This document shows positions 11,545 to 24,259 of a stretch of 64,000 bases of DNA, in pieces. The DNA lies in assembly GCA_049724395.1 (NCBI GenBank), contig JAUGWO010000140.1, forward strand, positions 1 to 64,000, read 5' to 3'. The position numbers and the translations under genes are program-made. The notes under the pieces are model-generated. The model was given only the letters and a program-made list of their open reading frames with translations. It was not told where the DNA came from and searched no databases. How positions within the stretch are numbered: position 1 is the stretch's first letter; every line of letters begins with the position of its first letter. Origin of the DNA: Spongospora subterranea f. sp. subterranea. Lineage: Eukaryota.

Positions 11545-12856
11545 CTGGAACTGGAAGTCACAAGTAAGGACTCTGGAACTGGAAGTCTAAAGTAAGGACT
11601 CTGGTACTGGAAGTCTAAAGTAAGGACTCTGGAACTGGAAGTCTAAAGTAAGGACTCTGGAACTGGAAGTCTAAAGTAAGGACTCTGGAACTGGAAGTCT
11701 AAAGTAAGGACTCTGGAACTGGAAGTCACAAGTAAGGACTCTGGAACTGGAAGTCTAAAGTAAGGACTCTGGAACTGGAAGTCTAAAGTAAGGACTCTGG
11801 AACTGGAAGTCTAAAGTAAGGACTCTGGAACTGGAAGTCTAAAGTAAGGACTCTGGAACTGGAAGTCTAAAGTAAGGACTCTGGAACTGGAAGTCTAAAG
11901 TAAGGACTCTGGAACTGGAAGTCACAAGTAAGGACTCTGGAACTGGAAGTCTAAAGTAAGGACTCTGGAACTGGAAGTCTAAAGTAAGGACTCTGGAACT
12001 GGAAGTCTAAAGTAAGGACTCTGGAACTGGAAGTCTAAAGTAAGGACTCTGGAACTGGAAGTCTAAAGTAAGGACTCTGGAACTGGAAGTCTAAAGTAAG
12101 GACTCTGGAACTGGAAGTCTAAAGTAAGGACTCTGGAACTGGAAGTCTAAAGTAAGGACTCTGGAACTGGAAGTCTAAAGTAAGGACTCTGGAACTGGAA
12201 GTCTAAAGTAAGGACTCTGGAACTGGAAGTCTAAAGTAAGGACTCTGGAACTGGAAGTCACAAGTAAGGACTCTGGAACTGGAAGTCTAAAGTAAGGACT
12301 CTGGAACTGGAAGTCTAAAGTAAGGACTCTGGAACTGGAAGTCTAAAGTAAGGACTCTGGAACTGGAAGTCTAAAGTAAGGACTCTGGAACTGGAAGTCT
12401 AAAGTAAGGACTCTGGAACTGGAAGTCTAAAGTAAGGACTCTGGAACTGGAAGTCACAAGTAAGGACTCTGGAACTGGAAGTCTAAAGTAAGGACTCTGG
12501 AACTGGAAGTCTAAAGTAAGGACTCTGGAACTGGAAGTCTAAAGTAAGGACTCTGGAACTGGAAGTCTAAAGTAAGGACTCTGGAACTGGAAGTCTAAAG
12601 TAAGGACTCTGGAACTGGAAGTCTAAAGTAAGGACTCTGGAACTGGAAGTCTAAAGTAAGGACTCTGGAACTGGAAGTCTAAAGTAAGGACTCTGGAACT
12701 GGAAGTCTAAAGTAAGGACTCTGGAACTGGAAGTCTAAAGTAAGGACTCTGGAACTGGAAGTCTAAAGTAAGGACTCTGGAACTGGAAGTCTAAAGTAAG
12801 GACTCTGGAACTGGAAGTCTAAAGTAAGGACTCTGGAACTGGAAGTCTAAAGTAAG
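11545..12856. repeat. 28-bp tandem satellite, ~47 copies (ctggaactggaagtctaaagtaaggact)
   Basis: Exact 28-bp period; variant gtcacaag in copies 1, 7, 14, 26 and 33. Confidence 0.97.
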
Positions 12857-13136
12857 CCCTTTCATTTCCAAATCGAGCGGCGATGTTGGGCCAGCTACGT
12901 TCTTTTAACGAAGGACACGGAACAGATGATGATGATTGATGGCGTCATGGCGAGCGTCAGCTGTGCTGTCGGTGCGGCCGTCTCCGGGCTTTCGTGCCAA
13001 ACCGATCACACCAACAAGTTTACTGTTAAAAACGACACATGGGCGCAAATTCATGAAGGTGACCATGACTGCTGGTATTCACGCGCGCCTTTTGCGGTTG
13101 TTTCCGAGGATGGGCCTAGCTAACGGATGAAGAAAA

Positions 13137-13266
13137 GGTCATTCTGACGTTGAAATTTGTCGACGTAAACTGTCAGTTCTTTGAGATTGATGAGGAACAA
13201 GTGAATTACCTTATCAATCTCAAAGAACTGACAGTTTACGTCGACTAATTTCAACGTCGGGTGACC
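13137..13266. repeat. Near-perfect hairpin (~50-bp arms), MITE-like
   Basis: gacgttgaaatttgtcgacgtaaactgtcagttctttgagattgat ... atcaatctcaaagaactgacagtttacgtcgactaatttcaacgtc. Confidence 0.85.
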
Positions 13267-13404
13267 CGCGCTACATTCGACAACATTTATTGTTCCTCAA
13301 AACGAGCTCCACATGTCCATCGCCGACCAGGGTTCGAACCCTCCAGCATTTCTCGAATCTAAAAAACGCCGCATTCAGCGACGCCAAGGATATTGGCGAG
13401 GAAA

Positions 13405-13794
13405 CTATTTGAAAACTTGCAGGTGAGTCATCTCTCGCTCTTCCGTTTTCAAGTTCGATAAGAGTTTGATTTGAAGTAAGTCTCCAACTGGCGTGATCAA
13501 CGCATTATCGATGATATGGTTGTGATCCATGCATCGGTGATTGATGACATAGTCCCCTGCCTTTCGATCGAATGTCAGATTGACATACCAACTGCAAGTG
13601 GACTTCAATCTCTTTCGGTATTTCTTGATCCTAAAGTTGCAGTAGCTAGCGGCGTGCTGCCAAATCTTGGATCCAGCTTGTAGTATTGGATGGGGATTAA
13701 GCACCAAAAATGGATGCGAGTTACATGCGACGACGAATCTGGGAAGGAAGGAGGCTAAGCAGCGAAAATGGATGCGAATTACACCCAAACACAA
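13405..13794 (-). pseudogene. Decayed FAR1/WRKY-like Zn DNA-binding domain, probably a MULE remnant
   Basis: CNFR...TCSWYVNLTFD...YVI....DHNH follows the C..W.V...HNH pattern. Confidence 0.55.
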
Positions 13795-13836
13795 ACCCGT
13801 TAAGTCTGACCGTATCCCCGACGCTGTGCAGTTGGA

Positions 13837-14179
13837 CTGTCTTGTTTCCCCTTTTTGCGTTGAGGAGTAGGTTTCTGGTGAAAAAACCAGTTTTGCTCAG
13901 CATAATCAATGGGAGCGCTCGTCGGAATCATGTTGTGATTGGATTACTCTCTATTAGTAATTAGCTGTGATACTGTGTTTTACGCGTTAAGTGTCGTAAC
14001 ATTGAGCGAACTCGCCTTGCATGTTGAACAAAAAAAAAGGCATAAAAAATGGCTTTTCACCGCCAATATGTCGGATTCGATGGACATGGGAGCTCGTTTT
14101 GAGGAACAATAGTTACTCAAGAGTTCGAAACCCAGCAAAGTTGGGTTTTTCACCAGAATCCTACTCCTCGAAGCAAAAA
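13837..14179. repeat. Dispersed repeat in inverted orientation (13837-13899 vs 14121-14179); a third copy lies at ~34146-34226
   Basis: gaggagtaggtttctggtgaaaaaaccag vs ttttcaccagaatcctactcctc; copy at 34146 reads gagttcgaaacccagc...ttttcaccagaaacctac...ggggaaacaag. Confidence 0.7.
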
Positions 14180-14527
14180 TTAGTTAGGACTTTGTTTTAA
14201 CATATGGGCGTTCACTAATTGGGACGGCGCACGTTCACCTAAATACTTGTAGGCGATCAGGCGAATGAACTCGCGGCAGGGTGCGAACTGATTGGGAAGG
14301 CGATGATACATAATGGGCACTAATTGATATTACTGCACAGTGGATGCTCTTTTTTTCATCGACGTCTGGGACATCAGCACCGTATTCAGGCACTGGTTCT
14401 CCATCGAAAGGGTTTTTTAGCTGGAGATGGATTCTGTAGGTCAACAGATAGCTGTTTAATATGCCACTCCCCTGTAATATCAAGTGACAGCCCACATCGT
14501 ACTGTATCATCGCTGTTTTGTCAAAAA

Positions 14528-16190
14528 TGTTAACCCAAACGATGTTGATAGTAAACGACGTTGCCCGAACTGAGCTTTTGCCCAGTTCGGACGGTACGCT
14601 TTAGTCGTTTATTAGTAATATCTAGTTAGGCATGAACCCTAGCAAGTACCGTTCATGACAGTAGCCCCCCGTTTCGGGCGCGGTTCCTCAGGGTGCGTCT
14701 GATGGCATTGAACAATGCAATTCCTTAGAGCGGGTGTGGCGGAGAGGAGTAGCGATGTTGAGGGTTTCCAAGTACGATCCGAGACGTCATAAACCTTCCA
14801 GTCCACTAGATACTGGTGTTGACCACGAAAGCATCGTGAGGCAATGATATCTTCAACCTCATAAAGAGGTTGTTGGCTATCGTCCAAGGTAAACGGTGGT
14901 GGTTTACGTTGTTTGCGACCAGACAGTTGATTCTCGATATAGGGCTCCAGTAGCGAACAATGAAAAACGCGGTGCAATCTAGAGTCTGTCGGAAGATCAA
15001 GCTCGTAGGCAACAGGGTTGACTATTCGAACAATAATAAAAGGGCCTAACCGCTTCTCAGAAAGATGGTCACAAGGCCTCTTGGAAGGAATCGAATCGCG
15101 AATTAACCACACCTTATCGCCAATGGTAAATTTGTGATGTGCTCGACGTTTGCTATCTGCAAAACGCTTCATATTATCCACAGATTTCCGTAAGGTCGGC
15201 TGAAGATGAGTGTGAACATCGTGAAGATGGGAGATCAACTCCACAGCGGCAGGATTTGGACATAATCCACTACTTGGAACTCGCAAATCATAACGTGAAA
15301 CCCATAATTCGCGTAGAAAGGAGAGACTCCAGTTGAAGAATGGAAAGAATTGTTGTACGCGAATTCAGCCATGGGTAGAATATCCACCCAGTCATTTTGA
15401 CGATCGTTTAGAAAACAACTCGCTCTGTTTGACCGTCTGATTCAGGATGGCGTGACGAGGAGAGATTCCGTTGAATATGTAAGGACTTCAGAAGATGCTT
15501 CCAGAATTGGGCAACGAACTGGGGCCCTCTATCAGACACAATATCAGTCGGAAGACCGTGTAACTCAACAATGTTATCGATAACTAGCTTAGCCAGATCA
15601 CAACTGGTAATGGTTTCATTGCATGGGATGAAATGAGCCATTTTTGTGTATTGATGACCATGGGTGAGAGGGAATGGGAAGCGGGAGTAATAAACCCGAG
15701 GGCTTGCGGCGAGGAACTTTCGAACGCAGATCGAACGAAGGATTTGACCATCGAGCGCATGCCTGGCCACGTAAACTGCCTGGCAATTAACTCATACGTT
15801 TTAGTGATGCCGAAATGACCAGCTAATGGTGAATCATGGCAAGAGGATAGAATTTGTAATTGCTTTGTTTTGTCGTCGACGCGCTCAGGTTCCAATGGGC
15901 ACAGAGTCATCGCATTGACGAAGCGCGAATTTGGCAATACGGGTTTGTTGAAGACTGTGCTCGGAACTCTCAGCAAAGTCAGGGCGACGTGACAATGCAT
16001 CTGGCTTTTGAGAAAGGGACCCTGGCCGCGGATGACAAAATCAAAATCTGACAGAAATAATGACCATCGCGCTTGGCGACGATTCAACAGCTTTGACGTC
16101 ATGAACCACTCGAGATTCTTATGGTCGCTCAATACAAGTATTTGAGAAGTAGCACCATCCAGATAGTGGCGCCAGGCTTGGAAAGAGGTG
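14528..16190 (-). mobile_element. 5'-truncated, frameshifted Ty3/Gypsy chromovirus (RNase H end, integrase, GPF, chromodomain, PPT, probable 3' LTR 14660 to ~14528)
   Basis: [71 protein letters not shown]; purine tract aaacgggggg then TGTCA on the minus strand. Confidence 0.9.
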
Positions 16191-19100
16191 ACCGTTCTGG
16201 TCCTTTTCCGCGTTCACTCGACGGACCGAGTCATCAGCAAGCTTGAGGAAAAAAGGTATTCCTGGGTTCTCCAGAGTTTCCGAGTTCTACCCCGTCTTTC
16301 TTTCGAGTGTTCAATGACGCCGCATTTGGGTAAAGAAAAATAGGCAATTTTATCAAAATTTCCACTTGTATGTATGCGTGTTCGAGCCACCTACCAAGGA
16401 ATTTGGCGAAGTGGCTATTTTCAGCTATCCAAAGAACTCGCACATACCCACTACGGTTGAACACCACCTTATCGTGATTTGTTTTGAATCTCGGGAGGTT
16501 TTTGCATTAGCTCTAGAAACATTTCGGATTCATCTACCTCGTTGACATGAGCAACGACAAAAAAGTCGTATATGCGGCACTGGGTTTTTGTGTTTGATTC
16601 GAAGCTTGGTAAGTGGTGCAGGAGAACGAACTGGTGGGGATTGGCAAAGACTGCTAAAACATTGTTTTCGTAAACTGCCCAACGCTGTCTCTTCAATTTA
16701 GGCATTCAACAAGTAATTTATATTTAAGAAAACACTACTGCTGCAACATCAAAGTCGAAATATATAACGTTGTGTCGTCAATTTATTTGTATTCCTGCTT
16801 AGATAATAAAATTCAAGTTTTCGGGTTGAAATGCCAGAATTGTAGGATAATACTATAGTCCAAATTTGACCATTGTCGTGGCGTCTGCTATGTCAGCTTA
16901 AACTCGTGCTTGTTCCTGTGGACCATTACAACCAATGGGATCACAACTCCAACGAAAAGGCAGGTACCGCCTAATAAATACGAGCCAAGTGATGGCAGCT
17001 CAATATCCAGCAATATACCCTGGCATCAACCGTCAGACTGTCGTTAACGATTGTGTTTATGAATGTCAAACCAGCATCAATCCCCTGAGGTTAACGACGC
17101 TCTCTCCGCCGCTCTTGTTATATTTGGTCTGTGGAACCAGGTAGGCACCGGTTGAGGTCATGGTTGCGTCCCAACGGTGTACACTAGCGCCATATCGCTT
17201 TTGTGCAATTTGGGAAAGCGCCTTGTATAGTACAATGGCGAATATTTCCATAGACAGGTGGTCGAAGGAAGTGCAGTCGTAAGGGCAATTAGTTGTCTCT
17301 GAAAGCAGCAATGCACATCTCCAGGTTTCCGAGGCAATCACCGGACGAATATGTTGCCATTGGCAGGGTATTCGATGTTTTCCCGATTTCCGTTGCCCGC
17401 CATTCTCGCTGTTTGGCCATGGCCATTCCAGCAGATAAAGCACATAGCGATGGAATGTTTTAGTTCATTGACCCGAATGCGTCAGGCAAATGATATTCGT
17501 CTTCCTTACATGATAAACAATCTAGGAATACCTCAAATTCGACCGGGAGACTTTGATTGCAAGAGGCTTTGAACGGGAATCCTAATCGCATGCAAAAAAA
17601 TGTCTGGACGCGTGTTTGGGGGGAGCTGTGATCAAAACGCAGCGCTTTGAACTTGCTAATTCGCGGTGTCGAACTCGACGAAATGATATGCATGCTTCTT
17701 TGGTTTGCTGGGTAAAAAGGATTCAACCCGACATCCTAGACTCGTGATCAAGGTTTTCAAACTGAGGGGTCTCTAATCGAGGAGAAATTTCAACATTATA
17801 TGGTAAAACCATCCACGTTTTTTTACAATAATTGCAGGTTCAAAGCGGAACTACCTTCTTCATCATCTCCGTCTATCAGACACTTGTCGCCTGGCAACAA
17901 GCCATTTGATAGCTGCACAGAAACTTTATTGAACTGGCTTGGCAAAAAATATTAGCAAACCACTTTTCTAATTTTCACAATCAGCAACCCAGGGTTAGGT
18001 CGAATATATTCACCGAACACTGCCTACTCTGAACAGTACCTGGGACACATGATATTAAGAAACTCATTCATGTATTGATGATCAGAGTTTGTGTTGTCCA
18101 ATTGGTGTTGGACCTGATTTGTTGTTCTGAAAACATAAATGCTTCTTTAAAAATATAAAATAGGAGTTCTCAGGGTGTTCCTTCTTCGTCGATAAGGCAT
18201 CACGTTTGGCCATTGTGATGCAGCAGTTGTTGACGAGATAGAACATGCAGTTGTAGTAGACCGGGGTTCATGCTTATGAACGACAGCTCTATGAAGCAAC
18301 ACGATATTTTGAATGATCGCCACCGTTTCCAGGACAACCCAATTCGCAGCCACAATGGGAGAGAGGTGATCATGAGATTGCGTCGCTGTCGGCATGTAAT
18401 CGTGATTGATTCTCACAGTTGACGTGTCACTTCGGGAACTGGACCCAATAGGTTGACAGCTCAATCCGTCCACCCATACTTGATACTCCTATTAAACTTA
18501 GCAACACCTTTGTCAACAATAAACGCTGATCATATCTCAATCAAGGCGACAACCTTATCAACAAGTAACCGATGAGAAACCTTTCCAAACTGCTTGAAGA
18601 TTCCTGATCAAACATCGAAAGAAAAAACAGGCTCAAGGCGTCCGCTACACTGTACTCGATTGTTTCCTCAAACCGGTGCAAAATTTCAAGCAAATGTCGA
18701 ATTTTTGCTGTCGAAATGCTGTTGAGTGCTTAAGAAACCAGCTAAACGAGTTCGTCGAAATCAGAGGTGCAACGGGCTCGCGGAATGCCTTTTCTGCTTT
18801 CCAGAACATTCCAATGGTGGTTATGTAGAATAATACTTCCGATCAAAATCGAAAGATCGCCCCCAAATTCAATCTAGTCAGCAAAAGCAACATCACAATG
18901 GCCAAACGTGACCTCTCAATGACAGTAAGGCATCCAGGGAAGAAATTTGTGCTGTACTCACAATGTAAAAATTATCTACATCATCGTTCCAAGACTAAAC
19001 CCATTAATAGGAGTATAAGTTTTGAGCCCCAGGGCTACAACTTAACGTTCTGCATTGTTCAACGATGATTCTTGTACAAAGTTGAAGGGTTCAGTCGCCG

Positions 19101-19586
19101 TTCATCTGCTCTTCCGAGACAGGGTCGATGGCAAGATACAGCACCACCTTTAATCATAAATGCAGTAAAATTCATCATTCACTCCCTGTCGATGCATGGC
19201 AGACCCTTTGCAATTGCGTCAGCAATGGGTGCATGATGGAACTCATCACCTGACATCGATACGATGATAGAAGACGGGACGGATACCTGACGGTTCCATT
19301 TATTCATTTGCGCATGACGCTTTCATCCATCAAGGGTTGATCGCTCGGTGTCCTGAACATAAATACTCAATGCACATTGTTCGCCGGACATCGAGAAACA
19401 CGGTAGTATGAAAGGCATGCCAGCCAGACAGGTCAATTTTGACATCTCGCGATTTTGGCGCTGATGTCGGGACTTGTGACCTTTGCTATTGGAAAGGGGC
19501 TGCAAATCGCTTTGAGCTAGTTAAAGTTCGGTGAAAATTGTCTGGTCTTGCCCCAGGACCAATGAACTGATTATACATGTTGAAGT

Positions 19587-20949
19587 TTATTTGATCTGAC
19601 AGTTGCGGAGGGTAGAAGGGGCAGATATACGACCACGATTTGTCATAAATGGCAAATCACCACAATTCGCAGTAGGAGCGTCTTCGTCCGATGTTCTTAA
19701 CATCTTGAACAGCTTATGGAGCTTCTTGGGCTTAATTTGTTCTGGGTTAGCGAGGTTATTGACGCCCTTGAAGGCACGTATTCAGTGTTGGCCAACACAG
19801 CAGGCCAGGGAAGCTTACAGGGAACATCACCTTATCTCCAGGCACCACGCCTTTTGGTGGTAAGATCGGGACGACAACGGTGTGGTCGGCGTTAGAGGCG
19901 CAAAGAACTAAACCAGACGAAGGGACACCTTTGACATCGGAGGCGGAAATGTTCACCAAAACACACACATCTCGGTTCTAAAACCAACGTCATCGTCTTG
20001 CAATTCACAAAAATTTCAAAACCACAAACCATCATTTCATCTACAGAAACAAAATTCGCTAGACCCGACACTACTTGTCGTGGACCTGCCACTTCTCCTA
20101 ACTGAAAACAAACATTAGGAGCTTCATAACTGATTGGAAAACGCACAACAAATTACATCGATTTTCTCAAGATATAAACTGGGATCAGTTGGATGCGCTG
20201 TAAAGAGCAATACGATGAGCCGCCCGATGAACCCTCAAAAAAGAGCATCTACCTTCTACACTGACAACTTTTCCAATACGAATATCTAAACTGGCCGCAT
20301 CCTCCAGGAACGGATTACTTTCTTTGCCTGACGCTGATAACTTGACTTTCTTTGGTTTCTTCTCTTTGGCAGCTCCTTGTTGCTTGCCTGATTTGCTATC
20401 GACAACCAACTTTATGACCACTAAATATATTCAGTCAACGCGCGAATGATCTGAATAAAGGCGGTGACTGAGTTTGCTCACCATTTGGGAAATATGGCAG
20501 ATGATCTTGACTAATGATATATTGAATATGATCGAACCATCGAGATAGAGAGCATGATGAGTATTGGGCTTCATCGCTCAATGATGCCATCTTCCTATAC
20601 AATAGGCCAAATACTAACCGATCTGTCACAGATGTATCGTTCCTGAAAATTTGGCATAAATTAGCGGATAATCAAGAGCAGCCATGAAGCTGCAAGACCA
20701 TTGCAGGAATGTTCGCGATAAGAGATACTCATTGAGGAAATTGAGGTTTGATGCTGTGGCGTTGCTAACCAAGCCAGGGTCACCACCTAAACGCTGAACA
20801 GCACTGAAGAACCCATTGATCGTCTCGCCATTATCGACCAGAACTACATCGGCATTGGGGTCATCGATTTGGCAAAACCGGGCAGATGGTATGGCCGCCA
20901 ACAAAGCCAATGTGCGATCGTCAGAAATGGATCCATGAACCTCAGCCAT
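19587..20949 (-). CDS. Arc1p/AIMP1-like aminoacyl-tRNA synthetase cofactor (GST-C-like N-terminus + tRNA-binding OB fold), spliced
   Basis: FLNEYLLSRTFL; SRWFDHIQ; LDIRIGKVVSV; PRQVVSGLANFV; KGVPSSGLVLCAS. Confidence 0.85.
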
Positions 20950-21049
20950 TTTAATAAATAGGAATGGCAGTGACTGATGAGCGTGCATAAAACTGCGTGA
21001 TGTGGCTATATAATAACTCTGGTGTAGTTGTTATTTACCGTGCAGTCGC

Positions 21050-21883
21050 AACGACACGTTTCACGACTCGTCAAGTCGTCATGTCATTTCGACATTACCT
21101 ATACGAGGGACCCATCAGTACGACTCCCTCCGTCTCATAAAATGGTTTCGAAACGAATTTATTGGTGATCATACCCAGTCACATCGAGTCAAATAGACAA
21201 GGTCTTCAGGGCAAGACAACACGACTCGTCATGATCGTTTTCTATACGAGGGACCCATCAGTACGACACGTTTCACGACTCGTCATGATCGTTTTCTATA
21301 CGAGGGATCCAACGACACGTTTCGCGACTTGTCATGTCGTCTCCTATACGAGGGACCCATCAGTACGACACGTTTCACGACTTGTCATGTCGTTTCCTAT
21401 ACGAGGGACCCATCAGTACGACACGTTTCACGATTTGTCATGTCGTCTCCTATACGAGGGACCCATCAGTACGACACGTTTCACGACTCGTCATGTCGTT
21501 TCCTATACAAGGACCCATCAGTACGACCCGTTTCACGACTCGTCATGTCGTTTCCTATACAAGGACCCATCAGTATGACACGTTTCACGACTCGTCATGT
21601 CGTTTCCTATACAGGGACCCATCAGTATGACACGTTTCACGACTCGTCATGTCGTTTCCTATACAAGGATCCATCAGTATGACACGTTTCATGACTCGTC
21701 ATGTCGTTTCCTATACAAGGACCCATCAGTATGACACGTTTCATGACTCGTCATGTCGTTTCCTATACAAGGACCCATCAGTATGACACGTTTCATGACT
21801 CGTCATGTCGTTTCCTATACAAGGACCCATCAGTATGACACGTTTAACGACTCGTCATGTCGTTTCCAAAGACCCATCAGTAC
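21050..21883. repeat. 52-53-bp minisatellite, ~13-14 copies, each with an internal palindrome
   Basis: Unit approximately ggacccatcagtacgacacgtttcacgactcgtcatgtcgtttcctatac(g)a. Confidence 0.93.
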
Positions 21884-21982
21884 AACAAACGGGTTTATTT
21901 CTGGATTTGGAATCGGCTGGTCAAAGGTTTCATAATTTTTCGAGCATGCTGACCAGGCAGGAGTTCACTGTTGGGTTGGGAA

Positions 21983-23560
21983 TCACCAACGTTTGCCTCT
22001 ATGGATCGGGTGAATAACAACTTTTTCGGACTCTGTTTTCGACACCCTACTGATGTATAACGCTCTCTGGATCAATTGTTCTTGCTCTGCAGCTTCTTCC
22101 AGCTCCGCAATATGAAATTGATGGGTTTCTGTCTTGATATCGTCAGTGTTTGTCAACTTATTGAACTACATGCAAAACAAAATCAGAAATAACTCAGGTC
22201 AAACTTAACAATCACTTACAGATGAGGCGAAGTCAGCAAAACGCGAAACTAACTGCTCCCTAACCATGTTGAAAGGGCACGATTTTACCGACCAGCTAAA
22301 CCCTTTGTCAGCATCGGAACACGAGTCGAGAAATTCTACAACAGATGTGATGAATTCCCGCATTTGAACTCCTTCCTCAGTTAGAGTTGCAATTCTCGTC
22401 TCTAATCGTGAGACCGAATCCTGCAATAGCATCATCTCCTGAAGGCAGATTTAATTGTTTCCTTTTGTGCTCCTACGTGTTATGGGAGAAAGACTTACTT
22501 CTGGAGCGATCAATTTATCAGCGATGGGAACCCTCTGGGCGGTTCCTTTTGCACTAGGCCCCGGTAGACACGATTTCAAAACTGGAGCATTGATTGTCGA
22601 ACGATCTGAGATTACGAGTCCTCGAAGCTTTTTTTGCACCCGTTCACACTCGATCTCTCTTTTCCGTATCTCGTTCTGGGACAACGTCGTTTTGAGAGAA
22701 CTCAATTATACACTCGGTGAACCCCACCTTATATTGTTTATCCTTGAACTTGATCGCGTTGAATTTTTTCTCTAACGCCATGTAATTGGACTTCGCTTTC
22801 CTTTCCAGGCATAGCTTCTCCTTGGCACATTGTTTCAAGCGATCCATCAACTGAAAATTCTGTGGCTCTGCTGTTAATGATAAAAAACATTGCCGAAACT
22901 GTCCGGATTTGTTGAAAACGTACCGCTTCCTCGAGTTGCTCTTGCTCCATTCTCATTGCTATCAGTTTCTCGTCATGTGCTGTTTGTTGATTCTGAGCAT
23001 CAAATCAATGATCGCCGTCCGAACCCGCGAGACAAAATTACTGGTCGGACGTGGTTTTCATAAGCGACCTCCTGAGCTCGCTGATTTAGATGAGCAACTC
23101 TCTGAACCAACGACTCTAATATTCGCCTCAAACGACCTCCATCATCTTCAGGCATTTGTAAATCCTCGTCCCCGTAGCTATCGAGACCCAGAGCTGTCAT
23201 GTTTTCTAGAAGTGATAACGAAGTGTCATAACTCGAAGGCGAATCGTCAAGCTTCTTTAATGTCGTCCTAAGTATTAACAAAGAAAATCAACAAACGGAG
23301 AGAAATTAGGAGCAAATAGAGATTTACTGTTTAATAGCAATCTGGTGTGGATTATTAGGTTGATTGGGTTTAAAACTCGGGTTGAGATTTTCTTGATTAG
23401 CATATTGGCGAACTCTAGCCGCCGCCCCAACTCCTGGAGGGGAGACAATGAAAGCTAAAGGTGGCTTTCGTGCAGTGATGGGCGATGCTGGTATCGACGA
23501 GCCCTGGTCCTGGTCCGCTGCGGCCATTGGTGGCGCCATCTTTAACCCATATGGGGACAT
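21983..23560 (-). CDS. Coiled-coil protein, possibly SSX2IP/ADIP (Msd1)-like; spliced, ends uncertain
   Basis: Successive coiled-coil exons; KDKQY..EIRKREIECERVQKKL resembles the ADIP family motif. Confidence 0.5.
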
Positions 23561-24259
23561 ACAGGCGACTCGGCGAGAGAATCAATAGCAATTTTGAAAG
23601 GTCGCCCGTATTCCCACTGCTTTCTATGTGTCTCTCTACTCATGCTCATGAGTGTCTCCATTTGTTAGAAGCGACAGACACCACTTTTATCTACACAAAT
23701 CAGGCCAGATCTAATTATGATGAAGCAAATGATGTATTATTATGGGCTCATCGATTACTGTAATTCCCATTCTACTCATCCTCGATCTGATGGGTTATTG
23801 TGTGGGCCACCAAAAACGAGAGAACAACTATGTGATACTTGGGCCGTGGTCCTATATTGACTGATTTCCTATCCCCAACTACCCAAGCAACCGTTTTGAA
23901 ACGCATGCATCGGAATTCTGTTCATCGTCCGGCAGTCCGAGATAATCGGGCGCTCTCAAAAATCAATTGCAGCTCCTGTGGTCGTTTTGGCGCGCTGCAT
24001 CTCAATATTGTCTACCAGAGTTAGGCGAAGGACACCTGCTGACTGGGGGGACTGCATCGCCCAACGACTCACCCTGTGACTCTGATTTGGGCCAGTATCT
24101 GCTTGCCAGTCGGCCTGTCCGGTTCAAGGTAACACTAGTACACTACAGTACCACTTCCTGTGTGTCGTCACAGGCGCCATACTGTAATTTCACAAAGTCA
24201 TCCGCCAAAATTTCGCTTCAGATTTTGAACAAGGCGGTTTTATTTGGTGGAGCATCAAC

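Noticed and set aside
11545..12856. CRISPR-like appearance of 28-bp repeats
   Set aside because: Head-to-tail copies with no spacers, no cas genes and a eukaryotic context
13320..13350. tRNA T-loop-like ggttcgaacc
   Set aside because: No cloverleaf or acceptor stem could be built
16200..19500. Stop-riddled coding-like fragments
   Set aside because: Probably old TE or gene debris; no motif I can assign
21162..21935. ORFs and CRISPR-like palindromic repeats in the 53-bp array
   Set aside because: No unique spacers; the ORFs are translations of the repeat in shifting frames
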